The notes under the pieces were generated by a model. It did no database searches. It was not told the origin of the DNA and worked only from the letters and a program-made list of their open reading frames with translations. DNA of 64,000 nt. It comes from Eledone cirrhosa. Its lineage: Eukaryota. Location: positions 23,057-87,056 of the forward strand of contig CAXHJY010001058.1 of the NCBI GenBank assembly GCA_964016885.1, read 5' to 3'. Positions 54,128-64,000 of the stretch are shown piece after piece. The number at the start of each line of letters is the position of its first letter. Position 1 is the first letter of the stretch. The position numbers were made by a program, and so were the translations under genes.

Positions 54128-54476
54128 GATGGATGAATAGAGAGATATAGTGATAGAGAGAGAGAGAGAGAGATAGATAGAGAGAGAGAGAGATGGAGAG
54201 ATAGATAGATAGAGAGAGATGGAGTAAGAGAGAGAGAGAGGGATGCAGTGAAAACAATGATATTTGCTTAAACCTTTCCAGTGTTCAAATAAAAATATTC
54301 GTTTTACGGTTATATATATATATATATGATATAGAAATGGTCCCTACAGGACTAGAACTGATTCATTCTGCTATGCATTGAGTATCTTACTGTGGTTACA
54401 CACGATTGAACCCGGGATAAACTTATATATATATATGTGTGTGTGTGAGTGTGTGTCTGTGTTTGTATGTGAGTAA

Positions 54477-54533
<57 letters not shown>

Positions 54534-54622
54534 TTAGTTAAGCAAAACAAGACCACAAATTTCACAAGGAAGACATTATTAAAAGTTTGATGTAAGGAAT
54601 GTAGAGAATAATAATAATGTCC

Positions 54623-54741
54623 GTTTACAATTGTTTCGCTACACCATATAATATTTCTGGATCAGATGACTATATATCATTATTGATCTGGTTCAGTTGA
54701 AAATAATTAACATATTTAAAAACAGAGCGGCTCATCGGAAC
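54623..54741 (-). ncRNA. HHR variant in the pLTR (CCGATGA core, ~95-nt stem II domain)
   Basis: Reverse complement GTT-CCGATGA-GC...GC-GAAA-CAATTG-TA-AAC. The GAAA-containing half is deleted in the right arm. Confidence 0.6.
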
Positions 54742-54773
54742 TTCAAAGGAATATAAATTAAAATAAGGAGAGA

Positions 54774-55454
54774 ATGTTACTTAATGTAACTAATCGGGGC
54801 ATTGATTTGCTAAAAAAACAATTACATAGATTCTTTAAAAATAACGGTCTCTCTATCACCATCGAACCGAACCATAAAGTAGTAAACTTCCTAGACGTCA
54901 CCCTGGATCTCAACAATAACCTATATTACCCTTACCATAAACCAGGTGAAATACTCACATATATTAGCCCACATTCTAACCACCCACCGGTAGTCATCAG
55001 AGCAGTAATCAAATCTATCTCGTATAGGATCTCCATGCTATCAGCAAATGAGGAGATATTTATAAACCATGCACAATATTATAATAAGGCTCTTTCTGAA
55101 TCTGGTTATGAACAATCAATTTACTACATACCTAAATGCCATAACACAGCAATTCACCATAATAAACTTAACACTAGAACTAGAAATACCTTAGCATATA
55201 GCCAGATTCGCCGGAATTTTAGCAGTAACAGCACCTATACAGGGAAGTTTAATGGTGGCAGCGGCCTACTCCCCACTCCAAGTAGCAAACTAAAAATCAA
55301 CCCTGGAATAGGAATGAGAAATGGGATGACAAATAAAAAAAATCCCCAGGTAATAATAACCCTAGGAAGGCCCCTACCAACTCCACTAGAACCCCTAGAA
55401 GGAATAGACCTGGAAATATCACCTGGCTTAACCCCCGATTCTCATCTAATCTAG
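54774..55454 (+). pseudogene. PLE RT C-terminus/thumb fragment
   Basis: GLSITIE...VNFLDVTLDL....PYHKP....YI...SNHPP....I..RIS.LS....F....Y..AL..SGY. Confidence 0.85.
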
Positions 55455-55774
55455 CCACTAATATCCCTAAACGCTTCTTCTCTATCCTTTCTAAACATTT
55501 CCCCCCAAACCATAGATATTACAAACTCTTTAATAAAAATAACATTAAAATCTCATTCTCCACAACACCTAACCTAGCTAGCCACATCGCATTCAGTAAC
55601 CATCATAAACTAAGACAGTATAACTCCCACACCGCGGTACCACCACCCCTATCAAATACACCACGCGACTACACCAATAATTACTCTAGTAGCACACCTC
55701 CCCCATCTTATCCTTCTAGCACTGACTAACCGCTTAGGTTAAACTATCCTACTCTCACTAACCGCAGAAGCAAC

Positions 55775-56206
55775 TGCAACTGCCATTACCCTAATGCATG
55801 CCCATTAAATGGACAGTGCCTGACACCCAACATAGTCTATAGGTGCACGGTTAAAACTGCTTCGAATACCAGCTCTTATATCGGGTCTACCTCTAACCCT
55901 TTTAAGGTACGCTATAACGCGCACTCTTTTTCCTTCCGAGACCCTAGCAACAGATGTTCGACATCTCTAGCTAGGCTCATTAAAAACCTTAAATTAAGCA
56001 ACATTTGACACTCACTAAAATGGGATATCGTGGCTAGGGCCCAACCGTTCAATGGACGAAGAAAATCTTGTGATCTCTGTATTACCGAAGCATATTACAT
56101 AACTCTATCACGACCTCTACCGATTAACGATAGAACGGAGGTAACTATTAGCTGTCAACATCGAAGGACTAATTCCTTCGCCAATAGAATATTTGACCCA
56201 ACATAG
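55775..56206 (+). pseudogene. PLE GIY-YIG endonuclease (one in-frame TGA)
   Basis: CNCHYPNACPLNGQCLTPNIVYRCTV...SYIGSTSNPFKVRYNAHSFSF...KWDI...CDLCITEAYYI...INDRTE...CQHR. Confidence 0.88.
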
Positions 56207-56959
56207 TCATCTAGCCCCATTTTTACTTGTAGCTAATAAGTTAAATAGCTATAACTAACTTAGATAATTATAAGTTACCTCCCCTACATTGTCTCTCAAT
56301 TAAAAAATTTAAAAATTAGCACTTAACTATAAACTACCCACAATTACTAATCTCTCGAGGAGTTACTTCCCCTGAAACCACCCTCTAATTAGTAAGGTAA
56401 ATATGTCCTTTAGCAGCCATCTTGTTACCCATAGGCAAATCTCACACAATGCAGCCTCGACAGATGAATACTGCTTGATTATGGCTGACAACTGATACAA
56501 CCAGGACACCATAGTGAAATACCAATATATGGAACATTACATTATGTAACATTCTCTCCTTATTTTAATTTATATTCCTTTGAAATTCCGATGAGCCGCT
56601 CTGTTTTTAAATATGTTAATTATTTTCTACTGAACCAGATCAATAATGATATATAGTCATCTGATCCAGAAATATTATATATTATTCTCTACATTCCTTA
56701 CATCAAACTAAAATATGTTGACAATCTTTTAATAATGTCTTCCTTGTGAAATTTGAGGTCTTGTTTTGCTTAACTAATGAATATTTCCAGCTCTGCGCGC
56801 CTAACTTCTGCATGAACCCAGCCACCTAGCTGCTTTCTACTGCATATTGCACATTGAGCTCATGCCTTTACGCTTTGGCTTCTAACTAATTCACCAATCT
56901 CTCCTCTCATATCTCCTCTCCTATCTCCATCTCTCTCTTTAAGATTGGTTACTCTTGAA

Positions 56960-57025
<66 letters not shown>

Positions 57026-57163
57026 CATACACACGTATGCGCACACATACGCACACATGCACACGAACACAAATACACACATACATATTTCTGGATTTTG
57101 GTCTTTGTATTTATTATTTATATGCATATATGTGTGTGTGTGTGTATGTGTGTGTGTGTGTGT

Positions 57164-57205
<42 letters not shown>

Positions 57206-57289
57206 CTGGGTGTGTCTGGGTGTGTATGTGCGTGCGAGTATATATATATAAATGAGCATACACACACACACACACACACACACACATAT

Positions 57290-57420
57290 GTATGGAATCT
57301 GAGAGATATGCATGGTGTGGACGTGGGTGTTTTCAAGAAACATCTCGACACCTTGCTATCCAGGATCCCGGATGAGCCCACAGCAAGGCACAAAGTAAAC
57401 CTAACAGCAGCAGCTTTCAG
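57290..57420 (+). mobile_element. CR1/L2-group LINE C-terminal fragment
   Basis: LRDMHGVDVGVFKKHLDTLLSRIPDEP parallels FKKSLDKFLQEIPDKP of the 41-kb LINE. Confidence 0.65.
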
Positions 57421-58345
57421 TCGTTAGAATTGTGACAATGGGCCTTCCTCCGGATCAAGGAACACACTAAAACCAGGGCCTCGTCTTTCCGGAAACACAT
57501 AGACAAATGCGGAAACAAAGACGGAAGGCCCATTGTCCCAATTCTAGCGACTGAAAGAAACGTCGGCACGTTACGTATCAAGGAAGCGCTTTTTTATCAA
57601 ATTCCTGAAACCGCAAATAAACAACCGATCAGAGAGAAGCGAAATGAGATGGTTGGTTTAAGTTAACAAACGATGCAGCAACACACAACACACGCACACA
57701 CACACACACACAAACGAGACAACTACACACACACACACACACAGTAGCTTTCCACCATACGAACATACTACACTGCCAATACAGAGGAACAAGGCAACAA
57801 CACACGCGCACACACACATACTCAAGCGAGACAACAACACAAACACACACACACACAGTAACATTTAACAAACAGGCAGAGAATGGACTGACAGCTAGCG
57901 CCACCCCACTCCCTCATTCGGCCGCTGACCTCTGCCCGACCGACCCCATTTCACGCGCACGCGCGCTCTGCCGAATACCTCAGGTATTCAAAACAACAAA
58001 CAGCGGAGGACGCGTTTCGCACCTGTCCTACAGACAACCTTTCCCCCACCCCGGAAAAAAACCCCAGTTGATGGATGTGAATCCGAAATATATAGGGACT
58101 ATTAAATCTCTCCCAAGGTAACTCTCTCTTGTATTGTTATTTTTATTTTATCCTTTATACTCTTCCCTTCATTCTTCTACACATCTTACACATCTTATAC
58201 ACACCACGCATCTCAACGTACACCCACTTACATCTCTCTCTCCACCACCGGATCTTGTTACTCGGAGATTTACCCATTTGCATTGTCGAGGCTTCCAAAC
58301 GACTTAAAGATATTTACTTATTATTCCACAATGCTTCAAGCAAAC
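57415..58345 (+). mobile_element. Third PLE, 3' tail only (end of GIY-YIG, AC-rich UTR, degenerate HHR at 58062-58097)
   Basis: PILATERNVGTLRIKEAL/FIKFLKPQINNRSE; short 5' inversion (57416-57448 vs 57523-57556); CCC-CAGTTGA-T-GGAT-GTGA-ATCC-GAAA-TATA-TA-GGG. Confidence 0.65.
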
Positions 58346-58373
58346 TTCAATACTCTCTTATATATATATATAG

Positions 58374-58897
58374 TATGGAAAACGAAGAATCAGTGATGGA
58401 TCAGAACACAATTTATTACGTATTACACTTGTTTCTCCGGTGAACAGCTCGAGGTGCGATCTGTTTGTGGATCGAACCTGACTCTGGATTCGCAAGTTCC
58501 TCAGATACTTCTAGTATCATCCTGTTTGCGCGGCACTTAGATTGATTGATAGTTCGTGACGTCATCATAGCGTTTGACCATTGGGGTGTGTGGCAGCTCA
58601 CGCCTGAATGGAGATGGCCAGTGGGCAGATTTCAATGCTCAACCACTATGATGACGTCACGAACTATCAACCAATCTAAGTGCAAACAGGATGATGGCAG
58701 ATGATAAAGATTCGAAGGGTCGAAGCCCAGCAGAAAGAGAATTTGCTTCGAAATCACTAGACGTATCTGAGGAACTTGCGAATCCACAGTTAGGTTCGAT
58801 CCACAAACAGATCGCACCTCGAGCTGTTCGCCGGAGAGACAATTGTAATACGTAATAAATTGTGTTCCGATGCATCACTGATTCTTCGTTTTCCATA
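58374..58897. mobile_element. Inverted pair of an HHR mini-element (HHRs at 58418-58509 minus, 58761-58853 plus)
   Basis: ACGTAT-CTGAGGA-...GCGAAT...GTTCGC..-GA(A/G)A-CAATTG-TA-ATACGT; 6-bp stem I and palindromic loop III. Confidence 0.8.
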
Positions 58898-58976
58898 TTA
58901 TCATACTCTGCTCCGAAGGAGCATAGAGTGCTCAACCGGCATACCGCCTAAGAACGCATCCTAGCAACCATACCAC

Positions 58977-59057
<81 letters not shown>

Positions 59058-59058
59058 G

Positions 59059-59089
<31 letters not shown>

Positions 59090-59624
59090 ATGTATATATG
59101 TATATATCAGATAGGGTGTGGTAAAATACCAGGTGGTCCATAACCCACCAGAGTACTCGATACTTGGGGTCCGAAACTCAGCCGTCGGGGTCCTGAATCT
59201 TTTCATATTACCCACTCTACTACCCCAAGTATCGTGTACTCTGGTGGGTTAAGGTCTAGCTGATTTTTACCACACCGTAATGAACGAGCTGGACGCTTCT
59301 GTCAGGATCGTCTAGTTTCCTGAAACCTTTGGTGATGGAATAATTATATTGTGTTGTTTATTACATAATTAAATAGCTCTGTGCTATACATAGAGCACTC
59401 TTCTTTCCTTTACCTTTTCTACGGAAATACTTATATATATATATTAAAATAAAAGGTTAAAGTTTAAGCAAAAAATCGCTGCTTTCACCCTTAACGGGAT
59501 CTGCTTCTTTGCTTAAACTTTAACCTGTTATTTTAATAAATATTTGCTCTTGGGCTCTTATATATTTGATATATATTTATCCTTATCGAGCGCTCTTTGG
59601 ATTTTAGTCTTCACATTTATTATC

Positions 59625-59678
<54 letters not shown>

Positions 59679-59699
59679 AAACTTTATTGTGTTGTATCA

Positions 59700-59916
59700 G
59701 ATGAAAGAATGGTATTTAACTAATGTATTGTTACGCGATGGGGCCCACCCACAGCCCCGGCGGACAGAATGGAGAAGGCGTTTCCCCTGAGGACGGCAAG
59801 GGAGACGCGCTGGAAAAGCCACTCCAACTCGCGGGGCTTACACCTGTGGCTGGCCAGCTCAGCGCCTACGGTGGTGAGTAAGGAGGTAGCCCAGGGGCCG
59901 AGGACACCAGAAGTTT

Positions 59917-59920
<4 letters not shown>
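59700..59920 (-). mobile_element. CRE-like retrotransposon 3' fragment (restriction-like endonuclease tail); relative at 62149-62433
   Basis: ETSGVLGP.A..LL..VG.EL.....PRE..WLFQRVSLAVLRGNA.SIL fits the REL C-terminal pattern. Embedded in (TA)n. Confidence 0.7.
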
Positions 59921-59958
<38 letters not shown>

Positions 59959-60002
59959 ATATTTGGGGACGGTCATATTGTTTTAATATTGCCAGAAATA
60001 AT

Positions 60003-60217
60003 GATTTCTAGTGTAGGCTTAAGGCCTGTAATTTGGGGGGAGGGGCAAGTCGATTAAATCAACTCTAGTACGTTACTGGTGCTTTATTTTATCGACCCCG
60101 TAAGGATGAAAGGCAAAGTTAACCTCGGTGGGATTTGAACTCAGGCCGTAAAGGACCATAACTCTATACTGCAAAGCATTGTGTCCGACTGTCTACCAAA
60201 CTGCCAACCCACCGCCC
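60003..60217 (-). mobile_element. SINE-A with 19-bp TSD TAATATTGCCAGAAATAAT
   Basis: TSD at 59984-60002 and 60218-60236; inserted in the PLE-end mini-element. Confidence 0.9.
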
Positions 60218-60608
60218 TAATATTGCCAGAAATAATAACAGAACACACTCACTGTTTGGTTTGTGTTGGTTTTCGCTTCTGTATCTTTTAACAATAAACA
60301 GTGTCTTTCAATAACCTTTCAGCTTTATATATATATATAAATCTGGCGCTCCATCGGTTACGACAGTTGATACTATAAACGGAACAGCTTGATCGGGAAA
60401 TTAACGTGCACAAGTGACTCAGCATTCCACAGACACGTGTATCCTTAACGTGATTCTCAGGGAGATTCAGCTTGAAACAGAATATGACAAGTCTGGCCTA
60501 TCGAATGTTTGTGCACTGGAGCACAGTGAATTATAGTATCTTGCTCAAATTCAAAATGCGCCGCCGGAAATCAAACTCACGACTTTACGATCCACTAAGC
60601 CACGTGTT

Positions 60609-60703
<95 letters not shown>

Positions 60704-62457
60704 GTATGTACGTCTATATATATATGAATGTGTGTGTCAGCCTTTCGAAAAACTGATACAACGCAGTTTAAGTGTAAAATAGTGGAATAAGTTAGGTTTA
60801 TAATCCCAGGAGTAGGGAAAATGTGGACAGAACCGCCTGCGGGGATCAAACTGGCGTTTTGCAGATGGTTGCATTACCATTGCTCCCAAACTCCCCAGGT
60901 CACCATTTCGATTGCTTTTAAAAGCTTCGTCTTTCCACCAGGAACATTTACAAACAATAAATCATTTACGAACCATCTGGCAAAGCTGAAATATTGAATT
61001 ATGTTAGATTTTTGTTAAATTTTTTTTCCAGGTTTTAATTACCTGGCATATTTACCTATTTTATAGTTAATTGTGTTGAGGCAGCTTTACTAAACGCTAG
61101 CGTAGTTTCAAATTTTGAATTTGCCCGATGACCACAATTTTTTTTTTTTAACCAATTGGATCTATTCATGTTATTATATACTTTTGTCAATTTTGTTAAG
61201 AATTCGACACACATTATTGAGTCGCAATTATTGTATTAAGGACGACCTGTGCGTTGTTAAACTATGAACGAATGTCTGTCTGTTTTTTTGTAAACTTCTG
61301 CCGTTTTCTAAAAAAAAAAAGCAAGATAAAGAAAATGAAAAAGCACGCAACAAAAGAACACAATTTTCACAGTGAATGGGGATGAAAGAGAATTATCAGG
61401 TGATATTAAAAGAGAAGACCGTTCCAACTTAAACCTAAGAACAAACATGAAAACGACAAGCTTTTACGTCATTGCCACATCAAATTCAATTGCTAAATTG
61501 ACGTCATTGCGTTGGGACAAGAGTAACTGTAGCAATAACAGCAGTAGCAACAACATGAATAAAAAACGATAACAATAAGAAAGAAAGCAACAATAACAAC
61601 AGTAAAAAACGAAGAACGTATCTTTTGTCCACGGAAGCAGCCAATAAACAACACAATGCTCAAAGATAATTAAATAAAAGGAAGGAAAAGAGCTGATTGT
61701 CGGATTGGACAGAAGAAATATGTTTCTATTGGTCTCTCCATTGCCGAGACTGTCTATCGGTCGTATCTTCTGTTAGAAAGAAAAGTGAGAAGCCTTTAAA
61801 ATGTTCAAGATCGATATATTAACCCCAGTAGTGATGATTCTTCCTGCAAAAGAAGTAGCTATCCCACTCCAAAAAGATTTTTCCTACAAATTTATATACT
61901 GTTGTAAAAACGATAGTACTCAACTTCAATCAAAATTGGAAAATGCTTGGAAGAAATGTGATATTAGTAGCTTGCATATTCTAAAATAAACAACACAGAA
62001 CGGTAGCCATTTACAATAGCGAAGGAAAGGACTAAGCCAAAGTGATAGCAATGCTTGTAAAGGACCTCCGTCAATTTCGGTGATGAGTGTTCCAGTTGTT
62101 TGATCAACGGAGCATCGTGCTCTGGAGGAATCTTAGAGGTAAACAAAATTAGAAATATGACAGCCAGAAGGGCGTATGGTGTTGATAAATCCAGAGTTCT
62201 GTCACTTCAGCAATGTTGGTATAGTCACTGCCTCCTCTCTTGCTCTCTCCATCTCTCACTATTATAAGCAAATGGGGGCCTACGCGCTCGCCACTCAGCG
62301 ACCCCGTGCATCGTGAAAGCGTTTCCCAGGAAGATGGCGCTGGAAGAGACTCACACTTGTGGGTAGCCAACTCCGTGCCAATGGGGGTGTGTAGGGAGAT
62401 GGTCCTAGAACCAAGTACACCAGAAGTCTCCATCGGATCTTTCTATCACTCTTACAA

Positions 62458-62553
<96 letters not shown>

Positions 62554-63177
62554 TAGGGCGAGTAAAATTCCCGAGATCCATGGACGAGTTCTCTCCAGCG
62601 GTCTCTGTCCCTCATTATCGCTGCCATGTCCTGCGTCTCCAAGAGACAAGTGTATGTCCTTAGGGCATCAACATATGTTAACCTCGGTCTTCCCCTTCCA
62701 GTGTATCCATGCATATATATATATATATATAAGTTTTATCCCGGATTCAATCGGGGGGTAACTACAGTAAGTAAGGTACTCAATACATAGCAGAGTATAA
62801 ATATTTAATATAGAAATGGCTTCTACAGGACTAAAACGGATTGAACCCGGGATAAATTTATCTTTTAGCACTTACTGTGTCCCTCTTAACCAGGGCTTCC
62901 TAATGATTTCTCCCGAATGAAACAGTTCTAGTCCTGTAGAAGCCATTTCTATATTATCTATAATATTATAAAGCTGAGTCGTGTGTATTATGTATGTATG
63001 TATGTATGTATCCTACACACCTCTCTATAGTTTGTTAGCCTTACTCTCTCCGTCGCTCTTCCCCCTCTCTATAATAGATCATTCCCCCTCTCTATTATTT
63101 AACTGCTTTACTCTCTCTGTCGCTCTTCACTCTCTATATGACAACACTGTTTTAGTTTCCGTATCTCCCTTCAATAT

Positions 63178-63262
<85 letters not shown>

Positions 63263-63491
63263 AAGATTAGGAAAACTACATACACACATCTACAAAGAGA
63301 GACAGAAAAACAGAGGAGGGGAAAAGAGAGAGATAGGCCGTTAGACAGAGAGAGATACAATTAAAGTGTTAGTTATTCAGAGAGAGAGAGTCGGAAGGAC
63401 AATGTGACACGGGAGGGTGTGTGGTATCTTTGCAGTGGAGTGGTGGAGGCAGGTATACCTAGCCGAGCGCCAGCCGGACGGGCCAAGTAGT

Positions 63492-63534
<43 letters not shown>

Positions 63535-63702
63535 AGAGGTGAGTTTTATTGTAGCACAATAAAGCAATGCAAATATCGGATAAGTAGCACTCTAGAGTTT
63601 GTAGAACTGGAGTATAAATAATATAAGATCAAAAGATGGTTAAAAGAGTTCCAATGCATAATAAAATACTTGGAACTCTTTTAACCATCTTTTGATCTTA
63701 TA

Positions 63703-63736
<34 letters not shown>

Positions 63737-63739
<3 letters not shown>

Positions 63740-63855
63740 GGAACCAGTAAGACCCCGACAGCTGAGCTCAAGCCGTTTCGACGGCTAATTCTGGAGTCCA
63801 GAATTAGCCGTCGAAACGGCTTGAGCTCAGCTGTCGGGGTCTTACTGGTTCCTAT
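63737..63855. repeat. Perfect palindrome, ~59-bp arms, 1-nt loop
   Basis: ...CGGCTAATTCTGGA-G-TCCAGAATTAGCCG...; exact reverse complement. Confidence 0.95.
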
Positions 63856-63931
63856 TACCCACTCTACTACCTCAAGTATTGAGTACTTTGGTGCGTTATG
63901 GTCCACCTGGTTCCTTACCACATTTCCTTCG

Positions 63932-63978
<47 letters not shown>

Positions 63979-64000
63979 ACTTCTGATTTCTGCCACCAAC

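Larger units (their letters stand above)
54531..56781 (+). mobile_element. 5'-truncated Penelope-like element (Naiad-like) with ~250-bp inverted pLTR
   Basis: 54531-54780 is the reverse complement of 56545-56781, with indels. RT thumb region and GIY-YIG lie inside; (TA)n on the left. Confidence 0.9.

Noticed and set aside
56005-56010. In-frame TGA in the Naiad-like GIY-YIG as possible selenocysteine
   Set aside because: Not at a conserved Cys position, and the element has other stops and frameshifts, so ordinary decay is simpler.
61300-62140. A-rich stretch resembling a decayed LINE ORF1
   Set aside because: Only compositional similarity; no motif I can verify.

Overview
Very AT-rich, microsatellite-saturated eukaryotic DNA. 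The dominant tRNA-derived SINE consensus resembles repeats I recognise from Octopus/cephalopod genomes (inference). I found no convincing intact host protein-coding gene; almost all ORFs in the track are translations of (TA)n, (CA)n, (GA)n or (GGT)n repeats. Real content: (1) about 20 copies of one SINE family plus several copies of a second; (2) a degenerate CR1/L2-type LINE (41.4-44.5 kb) and a near full-length Tx1/L1-type LINE in GACA/GATA repeats (45.4-51.0 kb), plus RTE and CRE-like fragments and small MITEs; (3) two 5'-truncated Penelope-like elements (PLEs; RT + GIY-YIG) with inverted pseudo-LTRs (18.7-21.7 kb, 54.5-56.8 kb) and a third PLE tail; (4) a 3.8-kb GGT/TGT minisatellite with a 687-bp higher-order duplication. 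The most striking signal is non-coding. Roughly a dozen sequence-unrelated short families carry type-I hammerhead ribozyme (HHR) motifs. They include a 478-nt tandemly permuted retrozyme-like unit, U3:A8 compensatory-core variants and HHRs with 50-110-nt stem II inserts. Most sit in or beside (TA)n tracts as fold-back inverted duplications. All ribozyme calls come from reading motifs and base-pairing by eye; none is tested.
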